Source: Anaeramoeba ignava BMAN
Lineage: Eukaryota > Protista > Anaeramoebae
Assembly (NCBI GenBank): GCA_028826165.1
Contig: JAPDFW010000125.1
Coordinates: 186,001 to 250,000 of the forward strand
Length of the DNA stretch: 64,000 nucleotides
Direction of reading: 5' to 3'
Below are positions 10,531-22,348 of the stretch, piece after piece. Below the pieces are notes generated by a model that was not told where the DNA came from, ran no database searches, and saw nothing but the letters and a program-made list of their open reading frames with translations. Within the stretch, counting starts at the first letter, position 1. Every line of letters starts with the position of its first letter. The translations under genes were made by a program, and so were the position numbers.

Positions 10531-10615
10531 CCGGTTTTTTTTTTCATTTTTTTTTTTCATTTTTCTCTTTTCATTTTTTTTTGATCTAAATAAAACATTG
10601 AAACAAAACACAAAA

Positions 10616-12546
10616 ATGTCAAATAAAAATCGATTTCAATTTCAAAATAAAAATCAAATGCAAATTAAACCTGAAAATCAAATGCAAATTCAAAATGAAA
10701 TGCAAATTGAGGATAATTTAAATTTATTCCAAATTGAAACAAATTTTGGGCAATTCATTTCAAATCAAAATCAAAATCAAACCGAAAATCAAAATCAAGA
10801 TTTCAATCCTATTGATGATATTAAAGAATATGAAGAAGCCCAAAAAGAATATTCAAATTTTACAGAAGAATATTGGGAAACACAAGTAATTTTAATTTTA
10901 ATTTTGATTTTGATTTTAATTTTAATTTTAATTTTAATTTTAATTTTAATTTTAATTTCAATTTTAATTTTAATTTTAATTTTAATTTCAATTTTAATTT
11001 TAATTTTAATTTTAATTTTAAAATTTATTTCCTTTTAAAAAAAATAAAAACAAAATAGAAATCAAAATTTAGAGAAATTCATAAAATAATCAAAGAAGGA
11101 AGTGGTTCAAAACTTCAAATTTTTTTAGAAAATAAAATAAATCAAATTCAAAATCAAAATCAAATTCAAATTGAAAATTCCAAAATTATTTATAATGAAG
11201 AAGATAAACAAAATGGATTAGTAAAAAATTAAATTTAAAATTAAAATTAAATTTAAATTAAAATTAAAATTAAATAGTTACCTTGCACACATATTTGTTG
11301 TATTCATTCAAATCCTGAATTAATTCAAATAATTCATCATTTTCGAAATGAATTTAAACAAAAATATTTTGAAAAATGGAAAGGAAATTCATTTTTTGGA
11401 TTAGCTTATTTATGTGGTTATCATAATACAGTTAGAAAATTACTTTATTTAGGATATAACCTTTATTTTTCTGTTAATTTAGTATTTATTAATTTTATTT
11501 TTATTTTTAATTGTTTATTTTAATTTTAATTTTTAATTGTTTATTTTAAATTTTAATTTTAATTGTTAATTGTTAATTGTTAATTTTAATTTTAAAACAA
11601 AAAATAGAAAGAAATTGGAATAAATCCAGAAAAATATAAAGAAGAATTAAAAAATATTGAATTAATTAAACAATTACCAATATTAAAAAAAAAAGATTTT
11701 AGAATTGAAAAATATGAAAATTTTAAACAACCTATTTATGAAAAAGAAATTAAAAAAGCAAAATTATGGATAAATCATAAATGGGAATTAATTAGAGTTC
11801 AAGCAATAGATTATGGACATTTTCATCCAGATACATTAATAGCTTTATCAATTTCACAAAATAATCCAAATTTAATTAAATGTTATGGAATTTATAACAA
11901 TAAAGAATCAAATCAAATTTTAATATTTATTGAAAAATGGGATTGTACATTAGAAAATTTATTTGAAGAATATGAAAATATTGAAACATATCAAAAAGAA
12001 GAAATTTCATTAAATATTTTAGAAAGATTAAAAATTATTCATGAATTAAAGCTTGTACATTGTAATGTTTTACCTGAATCAATAACTATTACATTTAATT
12101 CATCAACACCTTTAAAAATTGGAAGATTTGAAAATACAAGAAGATTTAATTCTTTTAATTTTGCATCTGTTTTTCATGATACAATACCAATTTTAAATGG
12201 AAAAATAACACCAAAAACAGATATTTATCTTTTTGGATATACAATATATTTTATTAGTTTTGAAAAAAAACCTAAAAAATTAGATAAATTACAAGAAAAA
12301 AAAATTACAAGAAATTTTTTAGGAGAATATATTTTAAGTTGTTGCAATCCGAATCCAAACCAAAGACCAACTTTAGACAAACTTATTTATGATTTTTCAT
12401 TAATCAAAAAAAACATGAAACCAAATCGAAAATCAAATTCAATTTCAACTTCAAAATCAAAATCAAATTCAAAATCAAAATCAAATTTCGAAAAAAATCC
12501 AAATCCCAAGAAACACAAAATATCAAAAAATAAAAAAAAGAAATAA
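10616..12546 (+). CDS. Ankyrin-like repeat + pseudokinase protein, copy 1 (short tail as assembled)
   Basis: Exons 10616-10885, 11059-11220, 11278-11481, 11608-12546. Kinase-fold motifs NPNLIKCYG, IFIEKWDCTL, LVHCNVLPES, KIGRF, KTDIYLFG, NPNQRPT; TAA at 12544. Confidence 0.75.
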
Positions 12547-13225
12547 TTCAAATTCAAATTCAAAATCAAAATAAAAATCCAAATCCAAATTCAAATTCAA
12601 ATTCAAAATCAAAATCAAATTCAAATTCAAAATCAAAATCAAAATCAAAATCAAATTCAAATTCAAAATCAAATTCAAATTCAAATTCAAATTCAAAATC
12701 AAATTCAAATTCAAATTCAAATTCAAATCCAAATTCAAATTCAAAATCAAAATCAAATTCAAATTCAAATTCAAATCCAAATCCAAATTCAAATTCAAAT
12801 TTAAATTCAAAATCAAATTCAAATTCAAAATTAAATTCAAATTCAAATTCAAATTCAATTTCAAATTCAATTTCAAATTCAAATTCAAATTCAAATTCAA
12901 AATCAAATTCAAAATTAAAATCAAATTTAAATTCAAATTCAAATTCAAATTCAAAATCAAATTCAAATTCAAAATCAAATTCAAAATCAAAATCAAATTC
13001 AAATTCAAATTCAAATTCAAATTCAAAATCAAAATCAAATTCAAATTCAAAATCAAATTCAAATTCAAATTCAAATTCAAATTCAAAACCAAAACCTAAA
13101 TCAAAATCAAAATCAAAATCAAAATCAAAATCAAAATCAAATTCAAATCCAATTTCAAAATCAAAATAAAAATCAAAATTAAAATCAAAATCAAAATCAA
13201 AATCAAAACCTAAATCAAAATCAAT
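12547..13225 (+). repeat. (TCAAAT/TCAAAA)n hexamer array, homologous to the coding S-N/S-K tails of copies 2 and 3
   Basis: Seen directly; follows the stop codon of copy 1. Confidence 0.85.
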
Positions 13226-13447
13226 TTCTTTTTCAATTTTTTTTTGAAATTTTGAATAAAAAGAATTTTGAATTTGTCATTTTAGATTTTGAGAAGAGAA
13301 GAAAAGGAAACAAAAAGTTTATCTTTTCAAAAGATTTGGTTTTCTTGATTAAACAATATTCCACATTTTTTTATTTTTTTTCATTTTTTTTTTCATTTTT
13401 TTTTTCATTTTTTAATTTAATTTTTTAATTTAATTCAAAGCACAAAA

Positions 13448-15940
13448 ATGTCAAATAAAAATCGATTTCAATTTCAAAATAAAAATCAAATTCAAATTAA
13501 ACCTGAAAATCAAATGCAAATTCAAAATGAAATGCAAATTGAGGATAATTCAAATTTATTCCGAATTGAAACAAATTTTGGGCAATTCACTTCAAATCAA
13601 AATCAAAATCAAATCGAAAAGCAAAATCAAGATTTCAATCATATTGATGAACTTAAAGAATATAAAGAAGCCCAAAAAGAATATTCAAATTTTACAGAAG
13701 AATATTGGGAAACACAAGTAATTTTAATTTTGATTTTAATTTTAATTTTGATTTTAATTTTAATTTTAATTTTAATTTTAATTTTAATTTTAATTTTAAT
13801 TTTAATTTTAATTTTAAATTTAATTTCAAAATTTATTTCCTTTTAAAAAAAAATAAAAACAAAATAGAAATCAAAATTTAGAGAAATTCATAAAATAATC
13901 AAAGAAGGAAGTGGTTCAAAACTTCAAATTTTTTTAGAAAATAAAATAAATCAAATTCAAAATCAAAATCAAAATCAAAATCAAATTGAAAATTCCAAAA
14001 TTATTTATAATGAAGAAGATAAACAAAATGGATTAGTAAAAAATTAAAATTTAAATTAAATAAAAATTTAAATTAAATTAATTTTAAATTAAAATTAAAA
14101 TTAAATAGTTACCTTGCACACATATTTGTTGTATTCATTCAAATCCTGAATTAATTCAAATAATTCATCATTTTCGAAATGAATTTAAACAAAAATATTT
14201 TGAAAAATGGAAAGGAAATGCATTTTTTGGATTAGCTTATTTATGTGGTTATCATAATACAGTTAGAAAATTACTTTATTTAGGATATAACCTTGATTTT
14301 TCTGTTAATTTAGTATTTATTTAATTTTAATTGTTAATTTTAAATAATTTTAATTTTAATTTTAATTTTAATTGTTAATTGTTAATTTTTAATTTTAAAA
14401 TAAAAAATAGAAAGAAATTGGAATAAATCCAGAAAAATATAAAGAAGAATTAAAAAATATTGAATTAATTAAACAATTACCAATATTAAAAAAAATAGAT
14501 TTTAAAATTGAAAAATATGAAAATTTTAAACAACCTATTTATGAAAAAGAAATTAAAAAAGCAAAATTATGGATAAATCATAAATGGGAATTAATTAGAG
14601 TTCAAGCAATAGATTATGGACATTTTCATCCAGATACATTAATAGCTTTATCAATTTCACAAAATAATCCAAATTTAATTAAATGTTATGGAATTTATAA
14701 CAATAAAGAATCAAATCAAATTTTAATATTTATTGAAAGATGGGATTGTACATTAGAAAATTTATTTGAAGAATATGAAAATATTGAAACATATCAAAAA
14801 GAAGAAATTTCATTAAATATTTTAGAAAGATTAAAAATTATTCATGAATTAAAGCTTGTACATTGTAATGTTTTACCTGAATCAATAACTATTACATTTA
14901 ATTCATCAACACCTTTAAAAATTGGAAGATTTGAAAATACAAGAAGATTTAATTCTTTTACTTTTGCATCTGCTTTTCATGATATAATACAAATTTTAAA
15001 TGGAAAAATAACACCAAAAACAGATATTTATCTTTTTGGATATACAATATATTTTATTAGTTTTGAAAAAAAACCTAAAAAATTAGATAAATTACAAGAA
15101 AAAAAAATTACAAGAAATTTTTTAGGAGAATATATTTTAAGTTGTTGTAATCCAAATCCAAAACAAAGACCAACTTTAGACAAACTTATTTATGATTTTT
15201 CATTAATCAAAAAAAACATGAAACCAAATCGAAAATCAAATTCAATTTCAATTTCAATTTCAATTTCAAAATCAAATTCAAAATCAAAATCAAAATCAAA
15301 ATCAAAATCAAAATCAAAATCAAAATCAAAATCAAAATCTAATTCAAATTCAAATTCAAATTCAAATTCAAATTCAAATTCAAATTCAAATTCAAATTCA
15401 AATTTAAATTCAAATTCAATTTCAAATTCAAATTTAACTCCAAAATCAAAATCAAATTCTAATTTAAATTCAATTTCAATTTCAAATTCAAATTCAAATT
15501 CAAATTCAAATTCAAAATCAAAATCAAATTCAAATTCAAATTCAAATCCAAATCCAAATTCAAAATCAAATTCAAATTCAAAATTAAATTCAAATTCAAA
15601 TTCAAATTCAAATTCAAATTCAAATTCAATTTCAATTTCAATTTCAAATTCAAATTCAAATTCAAAATCAAATTCAAATTCAAATTCAAATTCAATTTCA
15701 AATTCAAATTCAAATTCAAAATCAAATTCAAAATTAAAATCAAATTTAAATTCAAATTCAAATTCAAATTCAAATTCAAAATCAAATTCAAATTCAAAAT
15801 CAAATTCAAAATCAAAATCAAATTCAAATTCAAATTCAAATTCAAATTCAAATTCAAAATCAAAATCAAAATCAAAATCAAAACCAAAATCAAAATCAAA
15901 TTTTTTTACAAATGATCCAAAAAGTAAGAAAAAGAAATGA
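13448..15940 (+). CDS. Ankyrin-like repeat + pseudokinase protein, copy 2, with ~235-aa Ser/Asn/Lys tail
   Basis: Exons 13448-13717, 13868-14035, 14109-14312, 14411-15940; near-identical to copy 1; ORF 15218-15940 is its tail. Confidence 0.8.
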
Positions 15941-16095
15941 AAAGTTTGAATTTGATTTTTTTTGTATTTATGTTTTTTTCCTTTCATTTTGTTTTGTTTT
16001 ATAAAAAAAAAATCAAAAAAATTCTTAAAAAAGAAAAAATTTTTTTTTCATTTTTTTTTTCACTTTCTTTTTCTTATTCTTTTTCTATCCAAAAA

Positions 16096-17803
16096 ATGAA
16101 AGAAAAAACAAGATATTTTTTTGGGATTATTTCTATTCTTTTTGTAGTATTTTTTTGGGTTTCTTCTTCAGAATTAATGTCATGGATGTTTCAAGATTTA
16201 GAATTTGAAGAACCATTTTTTTTGACATATTTTAATGTTATATTATATGTTATTTGTTTTTCTTTTCCTATTTTAATTCGATGTAAATGGAAACAAGATA
16301 CAAAAAGTAAATTTGAAAAGAAAAGAAACGAAAAATTTTTTCATTTATTAATTTTTATCAAATTAAAAAATTTGTTTTGTTTTAAAAGTTGATTTTAAAT
16401 CAAATAAAGAAGTTTTAATTGAAGATATTAAAGAAAGTGAAAGTGATGATATTATTGGATATGAAACTTTTTTTGAAAATGAAAATGAAAATGAAAATGA
16501 AAATGAAAATGAAAATGAAAATGAAAATCAAATTCAAAATGAAAATCAAATTCAAAATCTAAATTTAAATCAAAATCAAATTCAAAATCAAAATCAAAAT
16601 TTAAATCAAAACCAAAATCAAAATCAAAATTTAAATCAAAACCAAAATCAAAATTTAAATCAAAACCAAAATCAAAATCAAAATCAAAATCAAAATTTAA
16701 ATCAAAACCAAAATCAAAATCAAAATTTAAATCAAAATCAAAATCAAAATCAAAATCAAAATCAAAATGAAAATTTAAATCAAAATGAAAATGAAAATGA
16801 AAATCAAAATTTAAATCAAAATTTAAATCAAAATTTAAATCAAAATCAAAATCAAAATCAAAATCAAAATTTAAATTTAAATCAAAATCAAAATCAAAAT
16901 CAAAATTTAAATTTAAATCAAAATCAAAATCAAAATCAAAATGAAAATGAAAATGAAACAGATTCCAATAGCCAAACACAACCACTTCTACTTGTTCAAC
17001 AAAATCAAACACAAAAAAAATTAACACTTTCACAAACATTCAAAATTGCATTAAAAGTTTTTCTCTTTTGGTTTTTAGCAAATTACACATTCAATCTAAG
17101 TTTAACAATGACAAATGTTGGAAGCAACACAATTCTATCAGCAACAACAGGATTTTTCACTTTATTTTCAGGATATTTTCTTCATGTGGACACATTCACT
17201 TTGATTAAAATATTAGCAACAATTGAAATTTTTGGAGGAGCAGTTCTAGTTGGTTTAACAGATAAAAACGATTCAGGAAACTCATCGTTTATGGGAGATA
17301 TCATCACTCTCATTTCAGCATTATTCTATGGAATGTATCCAGTTTTGATAGTGAAATTTGTGGGGAAAAATATCCAATTTGAATTCACTACATTTTTGGC
17401 AGCAATTGGAATTATTAGTTTATTTTTGACTTGGCCAATTGGATTTATTCTTCATTTTAGTGGTTTTGAAAAATTTCGTTTTCCTTCTCTCAAAATAATT
17501 GGATATTTAGCTTTGAATGGGTTGATTGGTAGTGTTTTAAGTGATTATTTTTGGTTGATTGCTATTGTTTTGACAAATCCCTTAGTTTCAACTCTTGGTC
17601 TAACTCTTACTACCCCAGTTGCAATGATTGCTGATTATATTCTCTATAAAAAATCTTTTACTGGTATTTATATTTTAGGTGCTATTATGGTTATCATAGG
17701 ATTTGTTACTATCAATTTGGCTGGCAATAATGTTTGGATTGATAAGAAATTATCTCAACTCTTCCAAAAATGTTTGCATAAAAAAAATAAAATTTTGAAA
17801 TAA
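16096..17803 (+). CDS. SLC35F / Thi74-like DMT-superfamily transporter with a long N/Q/E loop
   Basis: Exons 16096-16306 and 16389-17803. FWVSSSELM...EPFFLTYFN, LFWFLANYTFNLSL..TNVGSNTILS, LIGSVLSDYFW...PLVSTLGLTLTTP. The repeat at 16475-16960 is in frame. Confidence 0.82.
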
Positions 17804-18012
17804 TTTTAAAAAGCAAAATTAATTAAAAAATAAATTAAAAAATTAAAATAAATTTGCTTTAAATTTTAAATTTCAAAAATGATTTTGATTTGAATTTAAA
17901 TTTCAAAAATGATTTTGATTTGAATTTAAATTTGAATTTGAATTTGATTTTGAATTTGAATTTGAATTAGATTTTGAATTTTGAATTTGAAATTTGAATT
18001 TCAATTTGAATT

Positions 18013-20944
18013 TCAATTTGAAATTGAATTTGAAATTGAATTTGATTTTGAATTTGATTTTGAATTTGAATTTGATGTTTTGTGTTTCTTGTAATTTGAT
18101 TTTGATTTTGATGTTTTGTGTTTCTTGGGATTTGGATTTTTTTCGAAATTTGAATTTGAATTTGAATTTGAATTTGAATTTAAATTTAATTTTGAATTTG
18201 AATTATTTCTTTTTTTTTTATTTTTTGATATTTTGTGTTTCTTGGGATTTGGATTTTTTTCGGAATTTGAATTTGAATTTGAATTTGAAATTGATTTTGA
18301 ATTTGATGTTTTGTGTTTCTTGTATTTTGAATTTGATTTTGATTTTGATTTTGATTTTGGAGTTGAATTTGAATTTGAATTTGGATTTGAATTTGAATTT
18401 GATTTTGAATTTGAATTTGAATTTGAATTTGAAATTGAAATTGAATTTGAATTTGAATTTGAATTTGAATTTGAATTTGATTTTGATTTTGATTTGGAAT
18501 TTGAATTTGAATTTGAATTTGAATTTGAATTTGAATTTGAATTTGATTTTGAATTTGAATCTGATGTTTTGTGTTTCTTGGGATTTGGATTTTTTTCAGA
18601 ATTTGAATTTGATTTTGAATTTGAATTTGAATTTGATTTTGATTTTGAATTTGAATTTGAATTTGAATTTGAATTTGAATTTGAATTTGATTTTGATTTT
18701 GATTTTGATTTTGAAATTGAATTTGAATTTGAATTTGAATTTGAATTTGAATTTGAATTTGAATTTGAATTTGAATTTGATTTTGATTTTGATTTTGATT
18801 TTGATTTTGATTTTGAATTTGATTTTGAATTTGAATTTGAATTTGAATTTGAATTTGAATTTGAATTTGATTTTGATTTTGATTTTGATTTTGAATTTGA
18901 ATTTGAATTTGAATTAGATTTTGAATTTGATTTTGAATTTGAATTTGATTTTGAATTTGAATTTGATTTTGATTTTGAATTTGATTTTGAATTTGAAATT
19001 GAAATTGAATTTGAATTTGAATTTGAATTTGAATTTGATTTTGAATTTGAATTTGATTTTGAAGTTGAAATTGAAATTGAAATTGATTTTCGATTTGGTT
19101 TCATGTTTTTTTTGATTAATGAAAAATCATAAATAAGTTTGTCTAAAGTTGGTCTTTGGTTTGGATTCGGATTGCAACAACTTAAAATATATTCTCCTAA
19201 AAATTTTCTTGTAATTTTTTTTTCTTGTAATTTATCTAATTTTTTAGGTTTTTTTTCAAAACTAATAAAATATATTGTATATCCAAAAAGATAAATATCT
19301 GTTTTTGGTGTTATTTTTCCATTTAAAATTGGTATTGTATCATTAAAAGCAGATGCAAAATTAAAAGAATTAAATCTTCTTGTATTTTCAAATCTTCCAA
19401 GTTTTAAAGGTTTTGATGAATTAAATGTAATAGTTATTGATTCAGGTAAAACATTACAATGTATAAGCTTTAATTCATGAATATTTTTTAATCTTTCTAA
19501 AATATTTAATGAAATTTCTTCTTTTTGATATGTTTCAATATTTTCATATTCTTCAAATAAATTTTCTAATGTACAATCCCATCTTTTAATAAATATTAAA
19601 ATTTGATTTGATTCTTTATTATTATAAATTCCATAACATTTAATTAAATTTGGATTATTTTGTGAAATTGATAAAGCTATTAATGTATCTGGATGAAAAT
19701 GTCCATAATCTATTGCTTGAACTCTAATTAATCTCCGTTTATGATTTATCCATAATTTTGCTTTTTTAATTTCTTTTTCATAAATAGGTTGTTTAAAATT
19801 TTCATATTTTTCAATTTTAAAATCTATTTTTTTTAATATTGGTAATTGTTTAATTAATTCAATATTTTTTAATTCTTCTTTATATTTTTCTGGATTTATT
19901 CCAATTTCTTTCTATTTTTTGTTTTAAAATTAACAATTAACAATTAAAATTAACAATTAAAATTAAAATTAACAATTAAAATTAAAATTTAAAATTAAAA
20001 ATAAATACTAAATTAACAGAAAAATCAAGGTTATATCCTAAATAAAGTAATTTTCTAACTGTATTATGATAACCACATAAATAAGCTAATCCAAAAAATG
20101 AATTTCCTTTCCATTTTTCAAAATATTTTTGTTTAAATTCATTTCGAAAATGATGAATTATTTGAATTAATTCAGGATTTGAATGAATACAACAAATATG
20201 TATGCAAGGTAACTATTTAATTTTAATTTTAATTTTTAATTTAAATTTAATTTTAAATTTTATTTTTAATTTTTTACTAATTCATTTTGTTTATCTTCTT
20301 CATTATAAATAATTTTGGAATTTTCAATTTGATTTTGATTTTGATTTTGATTTTGATTTATTTTATTTTCTAAAAAAATTTGAAGTTTTGAACCACTTCC
20401 TTCTTTGATTACTTTATGAATTTCTCTAAATTTTGATTTCTATTTTGTTTTTATTTTTTTTTAAAAGGAAATAAATTTTGAAATTAAAATTAAAATTAAA
20501 ATTTAAACTAAAATCAAAATTAAAATTAAAATTAAAATTAAAATTAAAATTAAAATTAAAATTAAAAATTAAAATTAAAATTGAAATTAAAATTAAAATT
20601 AAAATTAAAATTAAAATTAAAATTAAAATTAAAATTAAAATTAAAATTAAAATTAAAATTAAAATTAAAATTACTTGTGTTTCCCAATATTCTTCTGTAA
20701 AATTTGAATATTCTTTTTGGGCTTTTTCATATTCTTTAATATCATCAATAGGATTGAAATCTTGATTTTGCTTTTCGATTTGATTTTGATTTTGATTTGA
20801 AATGAATTGCCCAAAATTTGTTTCAATTTGGAATAAATTTAAATTATCCTCAATTTGCATTTCATTTTGAATTTGCATTTGATTTTCAGGTTTAATTTGA
20901 ATTTGAATTTGATTTTGAAATTGAAATTGGTTTTTATTTGACAT
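18013..20944 (-). CDS. Ankyrin-like repeat + pseudokinase protein, copy 3 (inverted), with ~360-aa Ser/Asn/Lys tail
   Basis: Exons 20944-20675, 20439-20278, 20212-20009, 19911-18013; same intron positions as copies 1 and 2. Confidence 0.8.
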
Positions 20945-21132
20945 TTTTGTGTTTTGATTTTAATTTTGTTTTGTGTTTTGTGTTTTGATTTGTGTTGTGT
21001 TTTGGTGTGTTAAAAAAATAATAAAAAAAAAAGGAAAAAAATGAATAAAATAAATTTGCTTCTTTTGACAAAATTTAAATAAAAAAATTTTTCTTTTTTT
21101 TTTTAATTATTTTTTTTTTCATTTTTTTTTTA

Positions 21133-22133
21133 ATGACAGATCCTAAAAAACAAGAATTATGGAAAACAACAATCACAGAATTAAGGAAAGATTTACTTGA
21201 CAGAATCAAAGAATGCGACAAAAGAACATCAGCACTTCAACATAACGAACCAACACAAGAAACAATTGGAAATCAATTTGAAATGGGGAATCAAAATTTT
21301 TTTAGTGATCAAGAATTTGAAAAATTTTCCAATTATCCGCCTCATATTTTGCAGCAATTCCAACAGTTCCAATACTCACCTTATTCACCTCAATTTCATT
21401 CTCAATTTCCTCCTCAAGCTTTTCAGTCTTATTTCCCGAATCCTCAATTCCAAAATCAATTTTACTCACCTAATTTATCAAAAATACAATCACAACAACC
21501 AATTAAAATAACACAAAATCCAAAAGCAAATCAAACACAATCAAAAGAGAAACAAAAATCAAAATCAAAATCAAAATCAAAATCAAAAGAAAAATCAAAA
21601 GAAAAATCAAAAGAAAAATCGAAAGAAAAATCAAATCAAAAATCGAAAGAAAAATCAAAAGAAAAATCAAATCAAAAATCAAATCAAAAGAAAAATCAAA
21701 AGAAAAATCAAAAGAAAAATCAAATCAAAAATTAAATCAAAAATCAAATCAAAATTTAAATCAAAACTTAAATCAAAATTTAAATCAAATTCAAAATCAA
21801 AACTTAAATCAAATTCAAAATCAAAATTTAAATCAAAATTTAAATCAAAATTTAAATCAAAATCAAATTGATGATTCTTTCAACCAAAATTTCGATAAAC
21901 AACAATACGATTATTATCCTTTGCCCATTTCTTTTCCTTCTCAAAACTTTCCTGTTGATTCTCCTGATAAACTTTCTTCTCAAATTCTTCAATTCACTAA
22001 AAATTTTTGTTTTCTTACTTCAGTTTTAAATAATCAATGGCCTCAAAAAATTAGAGATCTTCAAACTGAAATGAGAACTGATTTAGGTCAAATTGAACGT
22101 GATCTTGAATCTTTAAAGAAAAATTTGATTTGA
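21133..22133 (+). CDS. Unknown Q/P/F-rich low-complexity protein with predicted terminal helices; apparent 1-nt frameshift near 21683
   Basis: ORF 21133-21735 and downstream frame (..NQIDDSFNQNFDKQQYDYYPLPISFP..KKNLI, stop 22133) join if one A is added in an A-run; no GT donor seen in between. Confidence 0.55.
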
Positions 22134-22348
22134 TTTGATTTAATTGAATTGAATTGAATTGAATTGAATTGAATTGAATTGAATTGAATTGAATTGAATT
22201 GAATTGAAATTTTTTTTTGAACATTTTTATTTCTTCTTCAATTTTAGTTTAAAAAAAAATTATAAAATTTGAGAAAATTAATATCATCACAATTAATTAA
22301 ATTGTTTTTTAAAAATTTCAAAAATCTCTTTTTTTTTCTTATTTTGGT

